Shown: positions 1 through 8,403 of the stretch, in pieces
Numbering within the stretch: the stretch's first letter is position 1
How the letters are laid out: each line of letters opens with the position of its first letter
The notes under the pieces: model-generated
The model's database searches: none
The model's input: the letters and a program-made list of their open reading frames with translations, nothing else
What the model was told of the DNA's origin: nothing
IMG/VR virus record: IMGVR_UViG_3300044530_000382
Span: 1-48,009 of that record
Source: a virus
Lineage: Duplodnaviria; Caudoviricetes
Reading direction: 5' to 3' (one strand)
Length of the DNA: 48,009 bases
Made by a program: the position numbers and the translations under genes

Positions 1-2
1 CC

Positions 3-191
3 ACCATCACCACCGCAGGCCGCAACGACCTGTCCTCTACTTATCAGCCTCTGACTTTCATCAATGTCGGTACTTCTGATGTTCCTGTGATTGCTACCAC
101 TGCAGGCAGTGCGGCTACGGGCGCAGCGAGAGTGACGATTATGTATGCTCAGAAGGCATCTAACGGTGCTGAAGACCCCGCAACTCCGTAA
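3..191 (+). CDS. 3' fragment of a virion protein, likely capsid decoration/cement protein
   Basis: Open frame from the window start, read by hand: TITTAGRND...SAATGAARVTIMYAQKASNGAEDPATP*, TAA at 189-191. The Thr/Ala-rich beta-type C-terminus and position at the head of the structural operon suggest a decoration protein (inference). Confidence 0.5.
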   Translation, partial: TITTAGRNDLSSTYQPLTFINVGTSDVPVIATTAGSAATGAARVTIMYAQKASNGAEDPATP

Positions 192-203
192 GGATCAGGC
201 GCT

Positions 204-440
204 ATGGAGTGGCAGAACTTTATAGATGCGGCGATAGCGATAGTTAGCGCCTTCTTCGGCTGGCTGTTCAAGATTGTATGGGACGCTATCAAAGACCTTA
301 AAGATGATATGAAAGACCTCAACACCACTCTACATAAAGAGTACGTGCGTAAGGATGACTATCACATCGAAATGGCTAAGATAGAAACCATGTTCCAGCG
401 CATCATGGACAAGTTAGACGGTAAGGCAGACAAGCAATGA
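204..440 (+). CDS. small membrane protein, N-terminal TM helix plus coiled coil (holin/antiholin-like)
   Basis: Hydrophobic FIDAAIAIVSAFFGWLF followed by a charged heptad segment (EYVRKDDY...KLDGKADK). Stop overlaps the next ATG (ATGA). Confidence 0.55.
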   Translation: MEWQNFIDAAIAIVSAFFGWLFKIVWDAIKDLKDDMKDLNTTLHKEYVRKDDYHIEMAKIETMFQRIMDKLDGKADKQ

Positions 441-691
441 CTATGCCCTCACGAGGGATTTCCTCAATACAACGTAAAGCGACAGGTGATGATATGAAAT
501 GCGGAATGAAAAAAGGCAAAGAAGTTCGTAAGGGCATGCTGAAGAACAAGAGCAAAGCCAAGTCCAAGATGGATTTGATGAACGTAGGTTCTGCAGAATC
601 TGCCGGTCCATTCCCCGGCGCGGGATACTATAAGGGTGGCAAGGTTGATGGCTGCATCAAGAAAGGCCATACCAAAGGGAAGATGGTATAA
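437..691 (+). CDS. small basic virion-associated protein
   Basis: Lys/Gly-rich 84 aa containing YYKGGKV and ending DGCIKKGHTKGKMV; translationally coupled to the upstream ORF. Confidence 0.6.
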   Translation: MTMPSRGISSIQRKATGDDMKCGMKKGKEVRKGMLKNKSKAKSKMDLMNVGSAESAGPFPGAGYYKGGKVDGCIKKGHTKGKMV

Positions 692-694
692 GTC

Positions 695-1333
695 ATGGCA
701 GGCGGAGCACAAGGCGGCGGGGGCAGACCCGCAGTAGGTGGTAATCTTCAACAGTATCAAGGCATGCTGCAGAATTACCGACAAGGTATGGCTGGAGCCC
801 CTTCTCAGATGCCGGGAGCTAACGTAGCCGCACCCGGTAAGGGCATGCCTCAGCAGTTTGGTATGGCTAGGCCAATGCCTGCTCCTAGCACTGGGCCTAT
901 ATCGACGCTTCCAGCTTACGCCGGTCCTGCTCCTCAAACGGGCGGTGCAATGCCACAAGGTCCACAAGTGTCTCAGCCTTTTCCTATGCCTCCGCAAGGT
1001 CAGCCCTCCGCTCCGCAACAACCGCAAATGTCACCAGAAATGATGGCGCAAATACAAGCGGCTATGCAACAGCAGATGGCTTCTCAGCAGACTCAGGTGA
1101 ACAGTGCACCACAGGGTCCGATCAGTGTAGGAAGTTCCCAACCGCTGGATCAGCCACGGACAGGGGGTGTAATGCCTCAAGGCCCGATACAAGCGCAGCC
1201 ACAACCCATGCCGCGTCCAATGCCAAGACCCATGCCAATGCCACAGGTACAAGGCAATCCGAATGCTATGCCACTGCAAAGGCCACAGATGCAAGGTAGG
1301 CCGACCATGCAAATGCTTCGTGGTAGAAGGTAA
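695..1333 (+). CDS. Pro/Gln/Met/Gly-rich low-complexity hypothetical protein
   Basis: 212-aa ORF packed tightly between neighbours (TAATG overlap at 1331-1335); composition suggests disorder. Confidence 0.65.
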   Translation: MAGGAQGGGGRPAVGGNLQQYQGMLQNYRQGMAGAPSQMPGANVAAPGKGMPQQFGMARPMPAPSTGPISTLPAYAGPAPQTGGAMPQGPQVSQPFPMPPQGQPSAPQQPQMSPEMMAQIQAAMQQQMASQQTQVNSAPQGPISVGSSQPLDQPRTGGVMPQGPIQAQPQPMPRPMPRPMPMPQVQGNPNAMPLQRPQMQGRPTMQMLRGRR

Positions 1334-1602
1334 TGGCTAAGTCTGCGGCGTGGACTCGGAAGGAAGGGAAGGATGAAAAGGGTGGGCTTAATGCCAAGGG
1401 CAGAGCCTCCTATAACAAGGCAAATCCCGGTAAACCGGGTTTGAAACCCCCTGCACCCAAACCCAAAACCAAAGAAGATGCGGGCAGAAGGAAGTCATTT
1501 TGTGCGAGAATGACAGGTATGAAGAAGGCTAACACCTCCGCTAAAACCGCTAAAGACCCGAATAGCAGAATTAACAAAAGCCTGCGGGCTTGGAATTGTT
1601 GA
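1333..1602 (+). CDS. basic phage protein (DUF6321-like)
   Basis: AWTRKEGK..KGGLNAKGRASY...RRKSFCARM...DPNSRINKSLRAWNC matches a conserved small phage family as I recall it; family name not verified. Confidence 0.65.
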   Translation: MAKSAAWTRKEGKDEKGGLNAKGRASYNKANPGKPGLKPPAPKPKTKEDAGRRKSFCARMTGMKKANTSAKTAKDPNSRINKSLRAWNC

Positions 1603-1612
1603 GTAAAAAATC

Positions 1613-2404
1613 ATGGCAAATACCAGTGTAGTTTCTTCCGTCAGTCGTCTGGGCAAATACGAGCCATTTCATATACAGGTCTCTCGTGGGCAGATCACGA
1701 TGCACTCGCCTGTTATTGTCTTTGGGTACAACCCGGATGTAGACACCACTGAAGAGTCTGTATGGCCTAATGGGGGCACGGTTCCTCATCCAACAGCCGC
1801 CTCAGTGCTTAAAGTTAGCTCATCTAGTGCGGACGATGCGTCTGCGGGTACGGGGGCAAGAACGGTAATGCTCGTCGGGATCGACGGCGACTACAACGAG
1901 AAAAGCGAATCTGTAATCCTAAACGGGCAGACAGCGGTAAACACGACCAACAGCTATCTCTATGTGAACCAATTATATGTAATCTCTGTTGGGTCTGGCG
2001 GCGCAAATGCTGGGGATATCAACGTAGGTACAGGTACAGTCACTTCGGGTGTTCCAGCCGTGCTGTATGATATTATTGCAACAGGGTTCAACAACCGCAC
2101 TACGGGTCATTATTGCGTTCCAGCAGGGTACACAGGATACATGCTACAGGGGCTTTTTTCTGCTGGGCAGGCATCTGGTAACTCCTCCGTTACTGGGTTT
2201 TTGAAGCAGCATGGGCCTGATAACATCCTTCGCGTGGGTGCCGTGACAGCCGTCAACAATGGTACGGCAGATTACCTGTTTGAGCTTCCTTACAGAATCC
2301 CTGAAAAGAATTGCGTCGGGGCCACAGCGATAGGTGCAGCGGCAAACAACTCGGTCAGTTCGTACTTCAATATCCTGTTGATTAAGAACAACGGTCAAAC
2401 CTAA
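1613..2404 (+). CDS. conserved phage beta-rich protein of unknown function, probably virion-associated
   Basis: Motifs FGYNPDVD..EESVWPNGG and SSSADD..GTGARTV; lies in the structural operon. Confidence 0.65.
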   Translation: MANTSVVSSVSRLGKYEPFHIQVSRGQITMHSPVIVFGYNPDVDTTEESVWPNGGTVPHPTAASVLKVSSSSADDASAGTGARTVMLVGIDGDYNEKSESVILNGQTAVNTTNSYLYVNQLYVISVGSGGANAGDINVGTGTVTSGVPAVLYDIIATGFNNRTTGHYCVPAGYTGYMLQGLFSAGQASGNSSVTGFLKQHGPDNILRVGAVTAVNNGTADYLFELPYRIPEKNCVGATAIGAAANNSVSSYFNILLIKNNGQT

Positions 2405-2562
2405 TGGCTAAAGAAATTTGGGATAAGGAGCGCCCTAAAGGGCTAGGCAAACCAAAGAAGCTAAGTTCTGCCAAGAAAGCCTCAGCTAAAGCTGCAGCGA
2501 AGAAAGCAGGGCGACCTTACCCGAATCTCGTTGATAACTTAAGAGCGGCTAGGCAAAAATGA
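2404..2562 (+). CDS. small Lys/Ala-rich basic protein (52 aa, not in ORF track)
   Basis: Read by hand: MAKEIWDKERPKGLGKPKKLSSAKKASAKAAAKKAGRPYPNLVDNLRAARQK*. TAATG overlap upstream and ATGA overlap with the ORF at 2559. Confidence 0.75.
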   Translation: MAKEIWDKERPKGLGKPKKLSSAKKASAKAAAKKAGRPYPNLVDNLRAARQK

Positions 2563-3263
2563 CCACTTCAGGTACAGCGGTTTGGAATCCTGACGTAGCC
2601 GAGATTATCGAAGAGGCTTACGAGCGTGCGGGCGTAGAGATTCGCACGGGCTACCAGCTGAAAACAGCAAGGCGTAGCCTCAATATCATGATGGCTGAGT
2701 GGGCTAATCGGGGTATCAATCTCTGGACGGTAGAGCAAGGCGTTATTCCTTTGACTCAAGGCACAGTGCAGTACCCTCTCCCTGCCGATACGGTAGACCT
2801 TATTGAGCACGTCATACGGCAGAACCCCGGCAACACAGCTACGCAGGTCGATCTTCAGATCACACGTATAGCGCTCCCAACCTATGCAACCCTACCTAAT
2901 AAGCTCACGACAGGCAGGCCCATTCAAATATATGTAGATCGACAAGCACCTGTTCCGAACATCAAGATTTGGCCTGCTGCAAACAACGACTCTTACACGC
3001 TAGTGTACTGGAGACTCCGTAGACTCGATGATGCGGGGAACTCCGGCACTTTGACGATGGATGTGCCCTTCAGGTTTGTTCCGGCCTTGATTGCAGGGTT
3101 AGCCTATCATGTTGCATTGAAGACTCCTGAAAGTATAGATCGTATTCCTATGCTCAAGCAGATGTATGATGAAGCGTGGCAAGCGGCTTCGGATGAAGAC
3201 AGGGATAAGGCTCCTATACGGTTCGTCCCCTATTCTGGCTATATTGGTAGCAGGGGTTGGTAA
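2559..3263 (+). CDS. head-tail adaptor / tail tubular-like protein
   Basis: EIIEEAYERAG...ARRSLN..WANRG.NLW...P.RF.PAL.AGLAY pattern, typical of podovirus adaptor proteins; synteny supports this. Confidence 0.65.
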   Translation: MTTSGTAVWNPDVAEIIEEAYERAGVEIRTGYQLKTARRSLNIMMAEWANRGINLWTVEQGVIPLTQGTVQYPLPADTVDLIEHVIRQNPGNTATQVDLQITRIALPTYATLPNKLTTGRPIQIYVDRQAPVPNIKIWPAANNDSYTLVYWRLRRLDDAGNSGTLTMDVPFRFVPALIAGLAYHVALKTPESIDRIPMLKQMYDEAWQAASDEDRDKAPIRFVPYSGYIGSRGW

Positions 3264-3578
3264 GTGGCTAACCGTTTTGCAACGGGTAAAAAAGCCTTTG
3301 GTTTCTGCGATTTTTGCGGTTTTCGTTATCCGCTAGGCAAGCTTAAACCCGTCATTATCAAGGGCAAAGTCATCAATCTATTGGCGTGCCCTACGGACTG
3401 GAGCCCCGATCAACCGCAGCTTTGGGTCGGCACGTATCCTGTTGATGATCCTCAAGCACTGCGTAATCCAAGACCGGATACCAATTTGAATGCGTCCAGA
3501 GGTTTGTTTGGCTGGAATCCCGTAGGATCGCAGCAGGCAGATTTTACGTTGAACGATGTTTTTGTTACAATTAGCTAA
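3264..3578 (+). CDS. Zn-ribbon-containing structural-operon protein
   Basis: GTG start; CDFCGF and CPTD motifs; DPQALRNPRPD; C-terminal SQQADFTLNDV. Confidence 0.65.
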   Translation: MANRFATGKKAFGFCDFCGFRYPLGKLKPVIIKGKVINLLACPTDWSPDQPQLWVGTYPVDDPQALRNPRPDTNLNASRGLFGWNPVGSQQADFTLNDVFVTIS

Positions 3579-3596
3579 ACCACAGAGGTAAAAGCA

Positions 3597-3815
3597 ATGG
3601 CTAAGTTTGAAGGTTCTGCTGAAGATATCCGCGAGGATAAAAAATTGGCAAAAAAGCACAAGATGGGTTACAAAGAGTGGGAAAAGTCCAGCATGGACAA
3701 GAAGCACGACAAGCAGAAATCTATGAAAGGACTGAAGCGTAGTGGCGTAACCACGGGTGAAATGAAAGCCAAGGGTCGTAATATGGCTCGTGTAGCCAAT
3801 CAACGGAGTAAGTAA
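3597..3815 (+). CDS. small basic protein
   Basis: SD GAGG upstream; Lys-rich 72 aa. Confidence 0.65.
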   Translation: MAKFEGSAEDIREDKKLAKKHKMGYKEWEKSSMDKKHDKQKSMKGLKRSGVTTGEMKAKGRNMARVANQRSK

Positions 3816-4003
3816 TGAGCACTCGTAGAACAGGCGGCATTGCCGAACACAAAGAAGGATCAGCCGAATATGCTGGCATTAAAAAAATCAGCACCCCTGA
3901 AGGCAACGGCTATCCTAATACCCCGCCGAACACTCAAACCGTCAAGACCCGAGGCACGGGAGCGGCTACGAAAGGCACTAAGTCTTCTGCAAAATTTGGT
4001 TAA
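3815..4003 (+). CDS. small basic protein
   Basis: TAATG coupling; C-terminal RGTGAATKG motif. Confidence 0.65.
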   Translation: MSTRRTGGIAEHKEGSAEYAGIKKISTPEGNGYPNTPPNTQTVKTRGTGAATKGTKSSAKFG

Positions 4004-4016
4004 CGGTAAGCGTTAA

Positions 4017-4658
4017 ATGAGCCTCACATACCAACAACTCTACACAGCGATTCAGAATTATTCTGAAGTCGATGAACCCACATTCAATGCGAACATCCCT
4101 AACTTTGTTCGTAATACGGAGTTGTTGGTCAATAACACGGTACAGCTACCGGCCTTCAGAAGAAACGTCACAGGCGAGGCAACACAGCTATTCCAGTATT
4201 TGAATATGCCGACAGACTTTTTGTCTGTGTTTTCTATGGCTGTTGTGAATGCTAACGGTAACTACGAGTACCTTCTGCAGAAAGATGTGAATTTCATTCG
4301 TGAAGCCTACCCCTTCCCTACCGCTGTTGGAATGCCAAAATACTACGGACTTTTTAGCTCTACGGCATTTATCCTAGGCCCGACACCTGACACGAACTAC
4401 GTTATGGAGCTTCATTATTACGCGGCTCCTCCTTCAATTGTCGATGCGGGCACCAGCTGGTTGGGGCAGAATTATCCTTCTGTGCTGCTCTGGGGCGCGC
4501 TGGTTGAAGCCTCCGTATTCCTTAAAGGTGAAGCGGATATGACGCAGAACTACCAGACCAAGTACGATGAAGCCATGATGTTGCTGAAACAACTTGGAGA
4601 TGGCAAAAACAGGGAAGACAATTTCAGAACCGAACAAGTGAGACAACCTGTACAATGA
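4017..4658 (+). CDS. adaptor/connector-like virion protein
   Basis: TYQQL..AIQNY, P.YY, GPTPD..Y..ELHYY, LL.GAL.EA..F.K motifs seen in phage head-tail adaptor families. Confidence 0.6.
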   Translation: MSLTYQQLYTAIQNYSEVDEPTFNANIPNFVRNTELLVNNTVQLPAFRRNVTGEATQLFQYLNMPTDFLSVFSMAVVNANGNYEYLLQKDVNFIREAYPFPTAVGMPKYYGLFSSTAFILGPTPDTNYVMELHYYAAPPSIVDAGTSWLGQNYPSVLLWGALVEASVFLKGEADMTQNYQTKYDEAMMLLKQLGDGKNREDNFRTEQVRQPVQ

Positions 4659-4774
4659 ACGAAGAAGCAAAAGAAGTGGACTACAACATTCCACAACCTG
4701 AATTTACGCTCAACAGTGTGACGGTCACTGCCGATTCTGTTGAGTATGATCTTGAAATTTCTGAAGAGGTATAG
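4655..4774 (+). CDS. small acidic protein (39 aa, not in ORF track)
   Basis: Read by hand: MNEEAKEVDYNIPQPEFTLNSVTVTADSVEYDLEISEEV*. ATGA overlap with the upstream stop; fills the gap before the next gene. Confidence 0.6.
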   Translation: MNEEAKEVDYNIPQPEFTLNSVTVTADSVEYDLEISEEV

Positions 4775-4776
4775 TA

Positions 4777-5205
4777 ATGGCTATCACACAGGCTCTCGCT
4801 TCCACGTTCAAACAACAAGTCCTTGAAGGGTTACATGACTTCGCCGCTTCGGGTGGAGACACTTTCAAGATCGCGCTCTATACCTCCTCAGCCAATCTGG
4901 ATTCAGCCACTACGGTCTATACGACTTCGGGAGAATCTTCTGGTACGGGGTACACTCCGGGTGGTGAGACGTTGGCTAATGTGGGTGTATCACTCTCTGG
5001 CACCACCGCTTATCTTGACTTTAATGATGTAACGTGGTCTGCAGCGACAATTTCAGCTGCCGGGGCTTTGATTTACAACTCTTCGCAGGGAAACAAGGCT
5101 GTAGCCATTCTGAGCTTTGGGGCAACCTATTCAAGCACGAATGGCAATTTCACGGTCACTTTCCCTGCCGCGACGAGCACCACTGCAATAATATTGTTAA
5201 ACTAA
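4777..5205 (+). CDS. tail-fibre-associated structural protein
   Basis: MAITQA..TFK...L.G.HDF...FKIALYT..A.L...TT.Y...E..GTGY..GG..L pattern; SD GAGG. Confidence 0.65.
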   Translation: MAITQALASTFKQQVLEGLHDFAASGGDTFKIALYTSSANLDSATTVYTTSGESSGTGYTPGGETLANVGVSLSGTTAYLDFNDVTWSAATISAAGALIYNSSQGNKAVAILSFGATYSSTNGNFTVTFPAATSTTAIILLN

Positions 5206-5218
5206 CCTAAGCGCACAA

Positions 5219-5238
5219 GGGGCGGCGGGAACCGCCCC
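5219..5238 (+). promoter_or_regulatory. GC-rich hairpin upstream of HNH gene
   Basis: GGGGCGG-cgggaa-CCGCCCC perfect 7-bp stem; no U-tract follows. Confidence 0.45.
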
Positions 5239-5269
5239 GAAGTGCTACACCACCAATCTGAAGAGGAGA

Positions 5270-5776
5270 TTGAAGATGTTTGAGCAGTATATTAGCTATG
5301 AAGAAGCGATGCAAATGTTTAGCTACGACCCCCTAACCGGGGAAGTGACGTGGAAGGTTCAAAGGCGATGGGTTAAACCGGGCAGGCGAGCTGGCACAAC
5401 TGGAAAAACAGGGCATAGATACATAACAGTTTTTGGGAAACGTAGAACAGAACACAGGTTGGTATGGTTGCTAGCATACGGGTATATGCCCAAGTGCCAA
5501 ATAGATCATATAAATAAAGACAGAGCGGATAATAGGTTAGCAAATCTTAGGTTAGCCCCAAATAATCATTCTGATAATGCTCAAAATCAATCCATAGCTA
5601 AGAATAATAAGTCAGGCGTTGTTGGAGTGATGTGGCACACCAAGATGCAACGATGGCAAGTCCAGATAGGCATAAACCATAAAAAAGTGTTTCTAGGGAC
5701 ATTTACAGATTTCAATGACGCAGTTGCCGCACGTAGGGCCGCCGAGTTAAAGTATTTCACATTTGCTAATCCATAG
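5270..5776 (+). CDS. free-standing HNH homing endonuclease with C-terminal AP2-like domain
   Basis: YDPLTG, HRLVW, IDHINKDRADNRLANLR (HNH), then NNKSGVVGVMW...WQVQI...LGTF..F.DA..AR (AP2/IENR-like). TTG start, or ATG at 5276. Confidence 0.85.
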   Translation: MKMFEQYISYEEAMQMFSYDPLTGEVTWKVQRRWVKPGRRAGTTGKTGHRYITVFGKRRTEHRLVWLLAYGYMPKCQIDHINKDRADNRLANLRLAPNNHSDNAQNQSIAKNNKSGVVGVMWHTKMQRWQVQIGINHKKVFLGTFTDFNDAVAARRAAELKYFTFANP

Positions 5777-5788
5777 AGGATAGACACC

Positions 5789-7168
5789 ATGCCACAGATG
5801 CAAAACCGTGTACAAGAGACAACCACCACGGGTGGCACGGGTACTCTCACTCTATCTGGAGCCGTTACTGGCTATATAACTTTTGCCTCTGGTTTCTCCA
5901 CAGGTGCCTCGCTGTTTTATACTGTAGATAATGGCGTTGGCGAGTGGGAAATCGGCATAGGTACACTGGTTACTACAGGTACGCTATCTCGTACTACGGT
6001 CATTGCCTCATCTAATAGCGGTGCGCTAGTCAACTTTTCTTCCGGTACTAAACGAGTATTTTGCTCCGCGCCCACGCGCTCCCTCGTACCGGATCAGGAT
6101 AGCAACAGCGGAAAAGTCCTCACCACAGACGGCACCAACCCCGCTTGGACCCAGACGCTTAACGGCATTACTATCGGTAATCTCACAGCAGCCGCAGGCG
6201 CATTCACCACTTTAAGTGCAAGTTCTACCGTGTCCGGTACAGGCTTTAGTACGTATCTCGCCTCACCTCCCGCTATCGGTGGCTCATCCCCTGCGGCGGG
6301 TAACTTCACCACGCTTTCATCTTCCAGCACGACGACTGTCGGCACTAACCTTGTTTTCTCAGGCACAGGCAATCGCATCACTGGCGATTTTAGTAATGCG
6401 ACGGTTGCTAATCGAGTTGCGTTTCAGAGCAGTACGACAAATGGCAACACACAAATAACAGTTTTCCCCAATGGAACCGCTACTAACGCGGGTTTTGATT
6501 GCTATTCGAATTCTGACCCGACAAACACTTCGAGAGGTCTAATTCGTGTTGATACGGCAGGTGGGGATTTCAAAATAGATTCCACGCGAACCGGCACAGG
6601 CACCTTCCTCGCCATGACATTTTTTACCGGAGGCAGTGAGCGGGTCAGGATTAGTACGGCAGGCGTAGTCACCATCGGCAGCGCCATCAGCCTCGACCCC
6701 ACGACAGCGAATGCGCTGGTGGTAAATAGCAGTGGGAACGTGGGGATTGGGGTAACGCCGAGTGCTTGGGGGGGTAATACAAGTCGTGCGCTTGAATTTG
6801 CTAACGGCGTGGCATTGTTAGGCAACTTGTCTGTGCCTGCGGCGTATTTAGTTACAAACGTATATAGTGCTAATGGAGGCTCTGTATGGACGTATAAAAC
6901 AAGTGCCCCTGCAACGCTGTACCTCCAAAACGGTGGTGCTCACCTCTGGTACAACGCTCCCTCCGGTACAGCAGGAAATACAGCCACCTTCACCTCGGCC
7001 ATGACCCTGACAGCGGCGGGGGATTTTATTTCAACGGTCAACGGGACTGCGCCATCATTAAGCACAAATGGCACGATGGTATTTGCATTAACCAGCAATA
7101 CAAACTTACGAATATCAGTACGTGGAACGGATGGGACAACCCGAGTTGCAAACATAACACTCGCTTAA
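5789..7168 (+). CDS. tail fibre protein
   Basis: N-terminal RVQETTTTGGTGTLTLSGA anchor motif; Thr/Ser/Gly-rich; ERVRI and GNVGIG fibre motifs. Confidence 0.8.
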   Translation: MPQMQNRVQETTTTGGTGTLTLSGAVTGYITFASGFSTGASLFYTVDNGVGEWEIGIGTLVTTGTLSRTTVIASSNSGALVNFSSGTKRVFCSAPTRSLVPDQDSNSGKVLTTDGTNPAWTQTLNGITIGNLTAAAGAFTTLSASSTVSGTGFSTYLASPPAIGGSSPAAGNFTTLSSSSTTTVGTNLVFSGTGNRITGDFSNATVANRVAFQSSTTNGNTQITVFPNGTATNAGFDCYSNSDPTNTSRGLIRVDTAGGDFKIDSTRTGTGTFLAMTFFTGGSERVRISTAGVVTIGSAISLDPTTANALVVNSSGNVGIGVTPSAWGGNTSRALEFANGVALLGNLSVPAAYLVTNVYSANGGSVWTYKTSAPATLYLQNGGAHLWYNAPSGTAGNTATFTSAMTLTAAGDFISTVNGTAPSLSTNGTMVFALTSNTNLRISVRGTDGTTRVANITLA

Positions 7169-7180
7169 TAGGAAACCACA

Positions 7181-7540
7181 ATGGCCGATTACAAAGAAAC
7201 TGACGTATCCGGGGTCGCATGGCAACGCGCTTACCAAATCCTGATCCTAAACCCACTGGACCAACCGGCGACGGTGCGGTATGACGAGGAGCAGGTGATT
7301 AACCTCAACAATGAGCAGATCAAGCAATTTGTCGGCAATCTGGGCTACACCGTAGACCCACTCGGCATCATCGAACTGCGCGACCCAGAAACCTTGGAAC
7401 TGACGGGCGAAACTATCCCGGTAGCTCTGGTACACCAAGCCTTGTTCTCGGATTACATTAACAGAGCGATGGCTCGTGACGATGGGGCTAACCTAGTTCC
7501 TCCTGTTGAGCCTGTTGAGCCTGTTGAGCCGGAAGAATAA
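7181..7540 (+). CDS. hypothetical protein, possible tail fibre assembly factor
   Basis: Directly follows the tail fibre; acidic; ends PVEPVEPVEPEE. Confidence 0.6.
   Translation: MADYKETDVSGVAWQRAYQILILNPLDQPATVRYDEEQVINLNNEQIKQFVGNLGYTVDPLGIIELRDPETLELTGETIPVALVHQALFSDYINRAMARDDGANLVPPVEPVEPVEPEE
7502..7528 (+). repeat. tandem 9-bp repeat (CCTGTTGAG)x3
   Basis: Directly visible; encodes PVE x3. Confidence 0.9.
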
Positions 7541-7586
7541 AACCTGCTACACTACCCTCTCCTTTAACAACAACTCATAGACAACT

Positions 7587-7745
7587 ATGCAGCCTAAAAT
7601 TGAAATTTCTGTAGAACTTCTGAACGCTATCCTGAACTATCTGGGTACCAAGCCTTTCGCTGAAGTAGCCGGGTTCATCAATGCAATCCAAGAGCAGGCC
7701 AAGGGCCAAGTGCCCCCAGCCGAGGAAGCTCCAGTAGAGGAGTAA
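7587..7745 (+). CDS. small helical protein, possible fibre chaperone (52 aa, not in ORF track)
   Basis: Read by hand: MQPKIEISVELLNAILNYLGTKPFAEVAGFINAIQEQAKGQVPPAEEAPVEE*. Confidence 0.7.
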   Translation: MQPKIEISVELLNAILNYLGTKPFAEVAGFINAIQEQAKGQVPPAEEAPVEE

Positions 7746-7748
7746 GAG

Positions 7749-8177
7749 ATGGTCACATCAAGACAATGCTTCGCAAAGTGGGGTGATCCTAACACGCGGG
7801 CGGATGAAGGCAAATATATGGTGCTGTGGGATGTGCCTTCGCATCTTGAGATAGGAGTGATCCCCAAGAAGTTGTACTGCAACAGTGCCATGATCGCCCC
7901 TTTGACCCAAGCATTTGAAAACATCATAGAGCGAAATCTTATCTCTCAGCTAAAAACGTGGGATGGATGCTTCAACATTCGTAAGAAACGCGGAGCGTCG
8001 AGCCAGTCTCTTCACGCTTGGGGTATTGCTATCGACATCAATGCCGCATGGAATGGATTTGGCAAGAAGCCTACTATGTCTCCAGAACTAGTGAAGTGCT
8101 TCACCGATGCTGGTTTTGATTGGGGTGGAGTATGGTCTAAACCGGATGGAATGCACTTCCAGCTAGCGAAGATATGA
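7749..8177 (+). CDS. endolysin, peptidase M15 family Zn peptidase
   Basis: R...SLHAWGIAIDIN (SxHxxGxAxD) and WGG.W..PDGMHFQ zinc-binding motifs. Confidence 0.85.
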   Translation: MVTSRQCFAKWGDPNTRADEGKYMVLWDVPSHLEIGVIPKKLYCNSAMIAPLTQAFENIIERNLISQLKTWDGCFNIRKKRGASSQSLHAWGIAIDINAAWNGFGKKPTMSPELVKCFTDAGFDWGGVWSKPDGMHFQLAKI

Positions 8178-8197
8178 GATAGAAAAGAGGTAAATAT

Positions 8198-8386
8198 ATG
8201 AATGCAGTAGTAGATAAAATTGGAATTTCTTTAGGCGAGGCGAGCACTTGGCGAGCGATTGTCGTAATCATCACGTTAATTGGCGTACAGCTTGACCCTG
8301 AACAGACAGAGGCGATTGCCAAAGCAGGTGCCGCTTTGTTCGCAGCTTTGGGGTTGTTCTCTAAGCGCAAACCGTCCGCAGGCTAG
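8198..8386 (+). CDS. holin-like protein with two TM segments
   Basis: EASTWRAIVVIITLIGV and ALFAALGLF hydrophobic segments with a basic C-terminus; next to the endolysin; SD GAGG. Confidence 0.65.
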   Translation: MNAVVDKIGISLGEASTWRAIVVIITLIGVQLDPEQTEAIAKAGAALFAALGLFSKRKPSAG

Positions 8387-8403
8387 CTAAGTAGGGTCTG
8401 GGG

